A DNA stretch of 64,000 bases from Verrucomicrobiota bacterium (GTDB lineage: Bacteria > Verrucomicrobiota > Verrucomicrobiia > Limisphaerales > UBA11358). The DNA is taken from the NCBI GenBank assembly GCA_050010675.1, contig JBEKKN010000003.1, forward strand, positions 1,668-65,667. Reading direction: 5' to 3'. The position numbers and the translations under genes are program-made. The number at the start of each line of letters is the position of its first letter. Position 1 is the first letter of the stretch. The notes under the pieces were generated by a model. The model was not told the DNA's origin. It saw nothing but the letters and a program-made list of their open reading frames with translations, and did not search any database. Below, one piece after another: positions 45,409-53,832 of this stretch.

Positions 45409-45834
45409 ATGAAAATCAAGACTTGGATCAAACCCGCCTCGGTCCTGGCCATTCCGCTGGGTTTGGCGCTGGCCGCGGCCGCCGATGATGCCGTGCCGGG
45501 CACGCTGCCGCCCGCCGCCACCAAACCGGGCGTGACCTACACGGGAGACATCAAACCGATTTTGGACAACTCGTGTGCCAAGTGCCACAGTGGCGACAAG
45601 CCCCGGGGCCACTTGAAGCTCGACAGTCTCGCGGGCGTGTTCAAGGGCGGCAAGGACGGCAAGGTGATCGTCGCCGGTGACAGCGCCAAAAGCATGCTCA
45701 TCCAGGCGGTCGCACACCTGAGCAAGGACGATATGGATTGGATGCCGCCGCTTCACAACCGGGCGAACATCGGCCCGCTGACGCCGGAACAGATCGGCCT
45801 GTTGCGCGCGTGGATCGATCAGGGCGCGAAATAG
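45409..45834 (+). CDS. Secreted standalone Planctomycete-cytochrome-C-like (PSCyt1-type) domain protein
   Basis: Signal peptide. Contains DIKPILDNSCAKCHSGDKPRGHLKLDS (CxxCH) and MPP...LTPEQIGLLRAWIDQGA, as in the N-terminal domain of PVC PSCyt1 proteins. Confidence 0.6.
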   Translation: MKIKTWIKPASVLAIPLGLALAAAADDAVPGTLPPAATKPGVTYTGDIKPILDNSCAKCHSGDKPRGHLKLDSLAGVFKGGKDGKVIVAGDSAKSMLIQAVAHLSKDDMDWMPPLHNRANIGPLTPEQIGLLRAWIDQGAK

Positions 45835-45853
45835 TTCGTGGTTTTGATTGTTT

Positions 45854-45922
45854 GGGAGGGATGCCGTGTCGGCGTCCCCATTTTCGCAAATCAGTCAGGG
45901 ACGGCGGCACGCCGTCCCTCCC
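45854..45922. repeat. Double-hairpin REP-like element (GGGAGGGAC family), copy B, between convergent genes
   Basis: gggagggatgccgtgtcggcgtcccc ... cagggacggcggcacgccgtccctccc. It ends 3 nt before the dnaG stop codon (45926-45928). Confidence 0.9.
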
Positions 45923-45925
45923 ACA

Positions 45926-47785
45926 TTACAACGGTGACAACGGCGCGCGTTTTTGTTCGCGCAACTTCTGCTGCTGGCGCAGCAATTCATTTTGTTCCGC
46001 TTCGGGCATGCCCGGCTGGCTGATTTTTTGGGTGAGGCTGGCGATTTGCCGGTCCAAAAATTGATTCCGCAATTTCGACGCGACGTCGCCCAGCTGCTGT
46101 TCGGGATTGGGAATTTTGCGGTCTTCGGCCACGGCTTCGGTGATGAGACCCCGCATTTCGGGCAATTCGCATTCGTCCAGAAACGCACCGAGACTCTTCC
46201 AGGTTTCATTCGTCTGCGCGGCGAGTCGTTGCGCGACAATTTGCCGCACGAGCGGATGGGAAATCCAATTCACATCCAGATGCAGCGCCGCCCAGGCCAC
46301 CAGATCGTCGTGCAACAGCAACAGTTTCAGCAGATGAAATTCATGATTCGGCGGACGTGACGGTTCCGACTGGCCGGCCATCGGTTCAGCCTCGCCCTGG
46401 TCCGGTTCGGTTCTCACCGCTGGAACCTTTTTGAATTCGGCCCGCACGGCCTCGGGCGCAACCCCCAGCCGCAATGCGGTTTTTTGCGCGTAGGTGTCAA
46501 TCAAGACGGAGTTGGCGGTTTTATGAATGGCCTCGGCCATGTCATGTAAAATGGTGTTCCGGCCCTTGTCGCTGTTGGCATCATTCTGCGCGCACAGCCG
46601 GTTCAAATAGTAATCGAAAAATCCCCCGGCATTTTCAACGAGCTTGCGAAAGGCTTCGCCGCCGTTGGCCTTGATAAAACTGTCCGGGTCGTGCGGCGCG
46701 GGCACGACGGCGACGCGCACCGCCAGGCCGGACGCGAGCAGATGGTCGAGTGAACGCACGGCGGCGTTCTGGCCGGCTTCGTCCGAATCGAAACAGAGCA
46801 CGACCTCGTCCGCGTACCGCTTGAGGATGCGTGCGTGCTGATCGGTGAAGGCGGTGCCCTGCGGCGCGACGACGTTTTGCACGCCGCCCATGAAGCAGGC
46901 GATCAAATCCAGCTGGCCTTCGCAGACCACCGCAAACCCGGCGTCGAGGATGGCGCGTTTCGATTTGTCGAGGCCGAAGAAAATCCTGCTCTTGGTGAAA
47001 ATCGGCGTCTCCGGCGAGTTGACGTATTTGGCCGTTTTTTCGTCGCCGGACAAAATCCGGCCGCTGAAACCGATTACCCTGCCCTGCTCGTCGCAAATGG
47101 GAAAGATGAGGCGCCCGCGGAAACGGTCATAGTAATGCCGGAAGGCAGACGCCTGAGGCCGGAGATCCGATTTCACACTTTCGCTTTCCGACTTCTGACT
47201 TCCGGCTTCTGACTTCTGAATAATAAGTCCGGCCTTTTCGACCAGCGGCAGGTCGTGGTCCTTGCTTTTGGCCCAATTGACCGTGTCATCCCACAAATCC
47301 GGCGCGGCGCCGAGGCGGAAGAGTTTTACGGCGTCAGCGGATACACCGCGTTTGGCCAGATAATCGCGGGCCATCTGCCCGGCGGCCTCATTGAGCAGGC
47401 AATTCTGCCAGCGTTGCGCGATTTGCTCGTGAATCTGGAGTAATTGGTCCTTGAGATGACGGGTTTGCTGTTCGGCGGGGTTTTGATCAAATTCGAGCGG
47501 AACCTTCGCACGGTCGGCCAGGCGGCGCACAGCGTCGACGAAACCGATGTTTTCGTATTCCTTGACGAAGGTGAACACGTCACCGCCCTTGTGGCAGCCG
47601 AAACAATGGAATATCTGCCGGTGCGGATTGACGTTGAAGCTCGGGCTTTTTTCCTTGTGAAAGGGGCAGAGCGCGACAAAGTTCGCCCCGGCCTTTTTCA
47701 ACGGCAGATACGAGCCAATGACATCCACAATGTCACTGGCCGCGCGGATGCGTTCAAGGATTGCAGGAGGTATGGTGCCCGCCAT
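45926..47785 (-). CDS. dnaG: DNA primase
   Basis: Zinc-ribbon CPFHKEKSPSFNV...CFGCHKGGD, YDRFRGRLIFPI, and TOPRIM blocks VVCEGQLD and CFDSDEAGQNA. Confidence 0.9.
   Translation of the reverse strand: MAGTIPPAILERIRAASDIVDVIGSYLPLKKAGANFVALCPFHKEKSPSFNVNPHRQIFHCFGCHKGGDVFTFVKEYENIGFVDAVRRLADRAKVPLEFDQNPAEQQTRHLKDQLLQIHEQIAQRWQNCLLNEAAGQMARDYLAKRGVSADAVKLFRLGAAPDLWDDTVNWAKSKDHDLPLVEKAGLIIQKSEAGSQKSESESVKSDLRPQASAFRHYYDRFRGRLIFPICDEQGRVIGFSGRILSGDEKTAKYVNSPETPIFTKSRIFFGLDKSKRAILDAGFAVVCEGQLDLIACFMGGVQNVVAPQGTAFTDQHARILKRYADEVVLCFDSDEAGQNAAVRSLDHLLASGLAVRVAVVPAPHDPDSFIKANGGEAFRKLVENAGGFFDYYLNRLCAQNDANSDKGRNTILHDMAEAIHKTANSVLIDTYAQKTALRLGVAPEAVRAEFKKVPAVRTEPDQGEAEPMAGQSEPSRPPNHEFHLLKLLLLHDDLVAWAALHLDVNWISHPLVRQIVAQRLAAQTNETWKSLGAFLDECELPEMRGLITEAVAEDRKIPNPEQQLGDVASKLRNQFLDRQIASLTQKISQPGMPEAEQNELLRQQQKLREQKRAPLSPL
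47167..47222. repeat. Eight YNNNCTT-type heptamers (AAGTCAG on the sense strand) inside dnaG
   Basis: ccgattt cacactt tcgcttt ccgactt ctgactt ccggctt ctgactt ctgaata. Translated on the minus strand as QKSEAGSQKSESESVKSD. Confidence 0.85.
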
Positions 47786-47825
47786 GCTGGTTCAGTGCCG
47801 GTCTCCGCCCGCCCGCCAAAGCCGG

Positions 47826-48458
47826 TTATTGAGCCGGCTCATCGGGTTCGGGTTTGGTGCCGCTCGTCGTGGTGGGTTCAATCAGCAACACGCCGAGATA
47901 TTTTCTAATGTAAGGTCCGGTGAAGGACTTTTCAAACACCTGACTCTGCACGGTGTATAAATCGGGAAATAAATGCGCGCCATACCAGCGTTCCTGGTAC
48001 TGGTTGTTGTCCTCGATTTGCGCCGTGGTGTAGTGGCGTGCGTTCAAAAAGGCCAGCGCAAAAATCAGCATGCAGGCGTACCGGACCAGGCCGGAAGGCA
48101 TGCCGAGGTAGTACTCGGCGTTGCCGAACAGGTTGCTCCCGAATAATTTCAAACCCACCGTGCGTTTGATGAGCGAGCAGAACAAAAACACGACCGCCGC
48201 CAGAATGGCGTATGCCAGCAGATTGCCGATCAGCGGATCCAGTTTCACCATCTGGGCGATCGACTGGGCCACCATGGCGTAAAACAAGCCGCTGACCAGA
48301 ATCACGGCGAGCCACTGAAACAACGGCAGGATTTCCTTCGACATGCCGTTTTTACGGCCGCGAAAGAGACCAAATCCGAGGATGAACACGACCACCACGT
48401 CGAACCAGTTTACCGGTAAATTATCGGACGTCAGCGATTGTATGGCATTGGCAAACAT
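47826..48458 (-). CDS. CvpA-family membrane protein
   Basis: 210 aa with four TM segments. N-terminal pattern NWFDVVVVFILGFGLFRGRKNG is typical of CvpA (colicin V production) proteins. Confidence 0.6.
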   Translation of the reverse strand: MFANAIQSLTSDNLPVNWFDVVVVFILGFGLFRGRKNGMSKEILPLFQWLAVILVSGLFYAMVAQSIAQMVKLDPLIGNLLAYAILAAVVFLFCSLIKRTVGLKLFGSNLFGNAEYYLGMPSGLVRYACMLIFALAFLNARHYTTAQIEDNNQYQERWYGAHLFPDLYTVQSQVFEKSFTGPYIRKYLGVLLIEPTTTSGTKPEPDEPAQ

Positions 48459-48509
48459 AGACCGAGATTAGATTCTTCGACCACCTGTTCCAGCAACATT
48501 CATTCCATG

Positions 48510-50207
48510 CTAGGGCGGATTCGACGAGAGCCAGAACTGGATATCCGCCGCCTGTGAATTGCGCGGATCCAGTTGCAATACTCGCAAATACTGCGCCCGC
48601 GCCCGCGCCACGTCATGGAGTTGCTGCGCGTAAAGGTTGCCGAGCGCGAGATGCGCGCGGACATCACCCGGATTCGAGGCGAGCAATATTTTTAACTCAT
48701 TCGCGGCGTCGGGCACATAACCGGCCGCCTTCAGGGCCAGGGCAAAATTGTAACGCGCGTCGGACGAATCCGGCCGGATGACCAGCGCCATTTCATAGGC
48801 GGGCAGCGACTGATCAAAATTCCCCAAACGGTAGGCCATCACGCCGGAATTATATTGCGCTTCAAACCAGCCCGGATCCAGGTCCGCCGCCGCGCGATAC
48901 GAATTCAGCGCATCCAGATACTGCCGGTCCCGTTCAGATTGCTGCGCCTGCGTAAACGCGCGTCCCGCCGCCTGCCGGTCGCCCGCCCCGGGCCGGGCCG
49001 GCGAAAGATACAAATATTGCGGAAAGGCCGGCGGCGCGGGCTGAACCATGCGAAACGGTTTTGACGGGTTGTGCATGGGGGTGCCGAACGCCGTGAGATT
49101 GCTGGCTTCGGGTTTCGACGCCGGCTTCACCGGATTACTGTTGGCATCGGATGGCGACAATGGCGTCACCTTCGGCTCCGGCGAGGTGCCGCGAAACCAG
49201 TTCATCGGATTGAGCGGGTTCGAAGCCCGCGGTTTCCCGTTGCCTGGCTTCGGCGGCGTCCCCGCGGCCGCGTACGAATTCTCCTCTGCGGCAGACGAAT
49301 TTTGCGTTCCTGTGGCGGCGGACGGCGATTGGGCCTCGGTATCTTCGGACGCTGAATTGGCGCTGGAGGGAGTCCAGGTACTGGTCGCCGTCCGCTGCGT
49401 CGGCGGTGGGCTCGACGACGCGGAAGCCGCGGTGCCATTCATTTGTTGCTCCAAATCATTGGCGATGGCGTTCACCTGGTCCCAATCCGCCCGACGCGGG
49501 GTCAACGCCAGATACGCGCGGTAATTTTGCAGGGCAAGCGTGTTGTTGCGCAAATACTGCCGGGCCATCGTCGCCAGGTTCAACAGTGCGGGCGCATACT
49601 CCGGCTGCGCCCGGTTGGCGGCGGCGAAATACTGCACCGCTTCGCGCGGATGACCCCGCTGCATCTGGGCGAGGCCCAGACCATTCCACGCTTCGGCGTT
49701 GTTGGTATCCAGGGCCAGCGCGGCGCTGAAACTTTTTTCCGCCGACGCGAGGTCGCGGAGGCGCAGTTGGGCAACGCCCATTTTGGTCCAGCCCTCCGGG
49801 GCCTTGCTGCGGCGGAGCACATAGGCGGTGAACTCAATCTTCGCCACGTCCGGCTTGTTCTGTTCCAGCCACAAACAGCCGAGATTGTAATGGGCCTCCA
49901 CCAGATCACGGTCCAGGGTCAGGGCGCGTTGATACGCGAGCGCGGCGTCGGCCGGCTGACCGGTGTGCTGGTAGGCGACGCCCAGATAATTCCAAGCCTG
50001 TGCGTTCGTGGACATCAGCGACGTCGCCAATTTCAGTTTCTCCACCGCGTCAGGATAATCGCCGCGAACCAGAAGCTTTTCCCCTTTCAACAACGCGCGC
50101 GGCCCGGGCGGCCCGCAGCCGGTAAGGAAAACGGCGAGCGCCAGAAAAAAGGCCATGCCGCACCGGGTTATGTTTTTTGTGGCCAGCATCGGCGTTGGTG
50201 GTAGCAT
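48510..50207 (-). CDS. TPR-repeat lipoprotein
   Basis: Lipobox LTGC. Multiple TPR units (AWNYLGVAYQHTGQ..., AHYNLGCLW..., AWNGLGLAQ...) are split by a Ser/Pro-rich low-complexity insert. Confidence 0.7.
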   Translation of the reverse strand: MLPPTPMLATKNITRCGMAFFLALAVFLTGCGPPGPRALLKGEKLLVRGDYPDAVEKLKLATSLMSTNAQAWNYLGVAYQHTGQPADAALAYQRALTLDRDLVEAHYNLGCLWLEQNKPDVAKIEFTAYVLRRSKAPEGWTKMGVAQLRLRDLASAEKSFSAALALDTNNAEAWNGLGLAQMQRGHPREAVQYFAAANRAQPEYAPALLNLATMARQYLRNNTLALQNYRAYLALTPRRADWDQVNAIANDLEQQMNGTAASASSSPPPTQRTATSTWTPSSANSASEDTEAQSPSAATGTQNSSAAEENSYAAAGTPPKPGNGKPRASNPLNPMNWFRGTSPEPKVTPLSPSDANSNPVKPASKPEASNLTAFGTPMHNPSKPFRMVQPAPPAFPQYLYLSPARPGAGDRQAAGRAFTQAQQSERDRQYLDALNSYRAAADLDPGWFEAQYNSGVMAYRLGNFDQSLPAYEMALVIRPDSSDARYNFALALKAAGYVPDAANELKILLASNPGDVRAHLALGNLYAQQLHDVARARAQYLRVLQLDPRNSQAADIQFWLSSNPP

Positions 50208-50219
50208 CCGCGCCTTGAA

Positions 50220-51290
50220 GTGTCAAGAAACGCACTGGCCCAGTTCATTCGTGTATTTTGCCGCCTGATGGCGGCAGGCGCCCTCGGGCTTGCCTGCCGG
50301 CAGGTTTCGGGCGCAGATTTGCCGTTGCGTCAGGCCGACAGCGCACACGCGCGGGTGCTGATCGTCGAACACCCGGACGCCACCTATCGATACCAGCCGG
50401 ATGATGCGGCGGTCCAGGACATGGTCGACCGCGGCCTGACCCATTTCACCGGCAAACCGACGGTCGTGGCGGCATGGCTCAGCCTCGTTTCGACGCAGGA
50501 CGTTGTGGGCATCAAGGTTTATTCCACCGCCGGGCCGATCAATGGCACCCGCCCCGCGGTCGTCGCCGCGGTGATTCACGAGTTGCTGAATGCGGGCCTG
50601 CCACCGGAACATATCATCATCTGGGACCGGAACAGTGGTGATTTGCGGGCCGCCGGATTTTTCAAACTTGCCGCCCAACTCGGCGTGCGGGCCGCCGGCA
50701 GCGCCGAGGCGGGTTACGACCCGACCAATTTTTATCTGCCCGACACCCCCATCATCGGCCAGCTCGTGTGGGGTGATTATGAATTCGGTGAAAAGGGGCC
50801 GGACATTGGCAAACGATCCTTCGTTTCGAAGCTGGTCACCCGCCATATCACCAAAATCATCAGTATCGCGCCGCTGTTGAACCAGGATTCCGCCGGCGTA
50901 TGCGGCCATCTTTACGGTCTGGCCATGGGTAGCGTGGACAATACCCTGCGTTTTCAAGGCGACCCCGGACGGCTGGCCGTAGCCGTGCCGGAAATTTATG
51001 CGTTGCCAGTGCTCGGCGATCACGTCGTCTTCAACATTACCGACGCGCTCATTGGCCAGTATGCCGGCGGTTCAAAGGGATTATTGCAATATTCCACGGT
51101 GCTGAATCAGCTTTGGTTCAGCCGCGATCCGGTCGCGCTCGACACGCTCGCCATCAAGGAGCTCGATCGCGAACGCCAGCTCATTGGCGCACCGGGATTC
51201 ACCCCCAATCCGGATCTCTATGCCAACGCCAACCTGCTTCAGCTGGGGGTGAACGATCCCGCCAGGATTCGGGTGGATAAAATTCATTGA
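50220..51290 (+). CDS. Hypothetical secreted protein (possibly DUF362-like)
   Basis: 356 aa, GTG start, signal-like N-terminus. The VGIKVYS...PAVVAAVIHELLNAG...IIIWDR pattern is reminiscent of DUF362. Weak call. Confidence 0.4.
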   Translation: MSRNALAQFIRVFCRLMAAGALGLACRQVSGADLPLRQADSAHARVLIVEHPDATYRYQPDDAAVQDMVDRGLTHFTGKPTVVAAWLSLVSTQDVVGIKVYSTAGPINGTRPAVVAAVIHELLNAGLPPEHIIIWDRNSGDLRAAGFFKLAAQLGVRAAGSAEAGYDPTNFYLPDTPIIGQLVWGDYEFGEKGPDIGKRSFVSKLVTRHITKIISIAPLLNQDSAGVCGHLYGLAMGSVDNTLRFQGDPGRLAVAVPEIYALPVLGDHVVFNITDALIGQYAGGSKGLLQYSTVLNQLWFSRDPVALDTLAIKELDRERQLIGAPGFTPNPDLYANANLLQLGVNDPARIRVDKIH

Positions 51291-51314
51291 AAAACCAGAC
51301 GGGAGCCGTCCGGC

Positions 51315-51743
51315 TCAGCCGGTTGCCGGCTCGCTTTGCCGTGCGCGCCTTTCCTTTTCAATGGCGTCCTTTTTCTGGCGCAGGCATTCCGGGCAGATGC
51401 CGTGCGTCGTTGGTGTGTCAAAGCCCTGCTCCATGAACTCCTCGAGCGGCATCCATTCGCCCTTGTAATCAATGCGCCGGCACCAGGAACACACGCGCAG
51501 GAAGTCTTCCAGTTGCCGGACCTGCTTCAGCAACCGGCGTGTCGAATTGCTCACCAACAGCCAGACGGCCAGAAACAGCAGCATCTCCAGCGTCGGCCGG
51601 CGGTAAAGGACCACGAAGGGATGACCGGAGAATATCAACGCAGGCAATTGCAGCAACTCATCCAGAAAACAAAGTACGATGACCGCCAGAAACCCGACAT
51701 TTTGATAGACCACGATCCTTGCCAACTGCGAATTTTTTACCAT
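51315..51743 (-). CDS. Small membrane protein with C-terminal four-Cys motif
   Basis: Three TM segments followed by CSWCRRIDYKGEWMPLEEFMEQGFDTPTTHGICPEC. Start set at ATG 51743; the ORF track begins at a TTG at 51764. Confidence 0.5.
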   Translation of the reverse strand: MVKNSQLARIVVYQNVGFLAVIVLCFLDELLQLPALIFSGHPFVVLYRRPTLEMLLFLAVWLLVSNSTRRLLKQVRQLEDFLRVCSWCRRIDYKGEWMPLEEFMEQGFDTPTTHGICPECLRQKKDAIEKERRARQSEPATG

Positions 51744-51780
51744 AACGACAACGTCATCTAACAACTTGCGGCAGGCCGGC

Positions 51781-51800
51781 GGTCATTTTCTCAAATGACC
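51781..51800. promoter_or_regulatory. Perfect palindrome GGTCATTT-tctc-AAATGACC upstream of 51315..51743
   Basis: 8-bp arms with a 4-nt spacer, 38 nt upstream of ATG 51743. Operator or hairpin function is inferred only. Confidence 0.35.
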
Positions 51801-52237
51801 TTTGGTTCCCTTTACTTTATCGCCCCGGCCACAACCACCGCCAGTTCGTCGAACCGGTCAAACGGAACGCATAAATTGTGCCGCGGTTTTTCGCCGTTCG
51901 ATAGATTGAAAGTCAGCGTGCACCACCAAACTGTTCCACCAGCGCCACAACATTCTGACAGCTCGTGTGGATGGAAGTTCAATCCGACGCGGGAGAAACA
52001 AAATTCGACTCCAAAACCTGGGAAAAATCATCACCCATTCCCATAAACGGCGAATCGGGCATCGGCTGATTGTCGGTTGGCTAAGGCAACAGGGTTTCAA
52101 CCTTCCACCCGCTGATGCGGCTGCTTATCAGATGTCTCGTCGGCCCTTCAATCCGACCCGATGCCCAACCTCAACTATTTCGTTAATATCAACCTGCCAT
52201 CGGGTGGCCGCCTGCGATTTTTTTTCTAACATGAAAT

Positions 52238-52885
52238 TCACAAGGTCGGTGCCGAAATCAGCTCCAGTCGGAAGCTTTTGATGCCGTTGAGCATGAATTG
52301 GATGGCCACCGCCGCCAGCAGCAACCCCATGACACGGATGGCGATACTCATGGCAATCGGGTTCAACCAGTGCGCGCTCCGCACCGCCAGCCGGAAAATC
52401 AGATAGCTCGCCACCGCCACCGCCAGGATGCAGCCGTAAAGTGCAATGTGCTGCGGGACATTGTGTGCCTCGTTTTGGAGCAGGATCGTCGTGGAAATGG
52501 CGCCCGGTCCGGCCAGCATCGGAATGGCCAGCGGCGTGATGGCAATGTCCATCTTTTCCGCGCCGGCCTGCTTTTCCTCGCGCGTCTCCTGCACCCGCGA
52601 CCGTTGCACGCGCAACATGTCCAGCGCGATGATCAGCAGCACAATGCTGGCGGCGATTTGAAACGCGGCCATGGTAATGCCGAAGATTTTGAACAGGAGC
52701 GTTCCGGCCACGGAAAACACCAGCAACACCACGGCCATCGTGACACACGCCATCCGCGCCGTGCGGAGACGCTGCTCCGGGGTGTCGTTCGGGGTCATCG
52801 CCAGAAACGCCGGCGCCGTCGCCAACGGATCCACAATCACGAACAGTGAACTCGCGGCCAGCAGGACGTATTCGATCAAACTCAC
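52238..52885 (-). CDS. MarC-family (UPF0056) integral membrane protein
   Basis: 215 aa with six TM segments. N-terminal FVIVDPLATAPAFLAMT motif. Confidence 0.8.
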   Translation of the reverse strand: MSLIEYVLLAASSLFVIVDPLATAPAFLAMTPNDTPEQRLRTARMACVTMAVVLLVFSVAGTLLFKIFGITMAAFQIAASIVLLIIALDMLRVQRSRVQETREEKQAGAEKMDIAITPLAIPMLAGPGAISTTILLQNEAHNVPQHIALYGCILAVAVASYLIFRLAVRSAHWLNPIAMSIAIRVMGLLLAAVAIQFMLNGIKSFRLELISAPTL

Positions 52886-53003
52886 GTGATGGAATTAGGG
52901 ATAGATTGAAGCGAAAGTCAATGGAGAGAATAAAACCGCTCCAAAACCGGTCGGCCGTTGTGGATCGCCTTTCTGCTGCTTAAAGTAACCCCATCGAAAG
53001 TGG

Positions 53004-53681
53004 TCAGGCCGCGTGCGAGCCGTCGCAGAAGGGTTTGTTGTTGGAAACCCCGCAGCGGCATAGCGTCATCCGATTCCGAACTTCATAGGCTTTGCCATCG
53101 GCGGCAATCACCGGGATGCCCCCGCGCACCCAGATCGGGCCGCTGACCTTCTTCTCCGTGTCCTCAATCAACCCAAGCGACGGTTCGAATTTTGGCTCGA
53201 TGGCTTTGCCCGTCTTCTTATCCCATACCACCAACCGGCCCGCCGGACAATGCGCAGCCTCATACTCCGCCAATCGCCGGGCCTCGGGGTCGTCCGAGGC
53301 CGGAACCAGGTTCCAAATCTTCCCTTTCGGGTCGCAGAACCGGGCAAAGGCACAAAGGCTCTCCGCGTCGGTGAGTCGCAGGGTCGGCCCGTCAATGGTC
53401 TCTGCCTGCTCCAGGTAAGGCTCGCGGCTGGCGGTCTCGGTCCCGTCGAACCTGACCTTCTGATGGCTGCCATCGCAGAACGGCTTGTTGCCCGAATGAC
53501 CACAACGGCACAGTGAATATTGCGGCGCCGCCGGATGTTTTTTGCCCTCCCGGTAATCGAGCGAATCGCCCTCGGCATTCGTGACAATCCATTGCTCGCT
53601 GAGCCGCAGGCCGCCAGTCACGAGGTAGGGACCATTTTGGGTGACTTCGATTTTCGCGTTCGACTGTTCATTTTTTTTCAT
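53004..53681 (-). CDS. CDGSH iron-sulfur domain protein (two CDGSH motifs)
   Basis: Contains CRCGHSGNKPFCDGSH and CRCGVSNNKPFCDGSH. Start set at ATG 53681; the upstream ORF extension translates a REP element. Confidence 0.8.
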   Translation of the reverse strand: MKKNEQSNAKIEVTQNGPYLVTGGLRLSEQWIVTNAEGDSLDYREGKKHPAAPQYSLCRCGHSGNKPFCDGSHQKVRFDGTETASREPYLEQAETIDGPTLRLTDAESLCAFARFCDPKGKIWNLVPASDDPEARRLAEYEAAHCPAGRLVVWDKKTGKAIEPKFEPSLGLIEDTEKKVSGPIWVRGGIPVIAADGKAYEVRNRMTLCRCGVSNNKPFCDGSHAA

Positions 53682-53689
53682 AATAAGAT

Positions 53690-53741
53690 GGTAGGGACGC
53701 CGCGCTGCGGCGTCCGGACAGCGCAGCGCGCTGTCCCTACC
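53690..53741. repeat. 52-nt double-hairpin REP-like element (GGTAGGG...CCCTACC family), 9 nt upstream of the CDGSH gene start
   Basis: ggtagggacgccgcgctgcggcgtccggacagcgcagcgcgctgtccctacc. It is the reverse complement of 5704-5755 with few differences. Confidence 0.9.
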
Positions 53742-53832
53742 TTTAAATCGCCACACTCCCGTGTTTCCTTCAACACCCAAAACTCAGCCACGATAGGCCG
53801 CCCCTGTCAATCCCGACTTGCCGGAAACCCTG

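Noticed and set aside
4586-47222. Heptamer or decamer arrays as CRISPR arrays or as classical phase-variation (contingency) loci
   Set aside because: The units are 7-10 nt with no spacers, so they are not CRISPR. Several arrays lie in essential single-copy-type genes (metG, dnaG), where frameshifting slippage would be lethal, so on/off switching is implausible there. Unit-number variation remains worth checking.
52195-52226. Intrinsic terminator ending in the T8 run
   Set aside because: I could find only a 4-bp stem (gcca/tggc) preceding the T-run, which is too weak to call.
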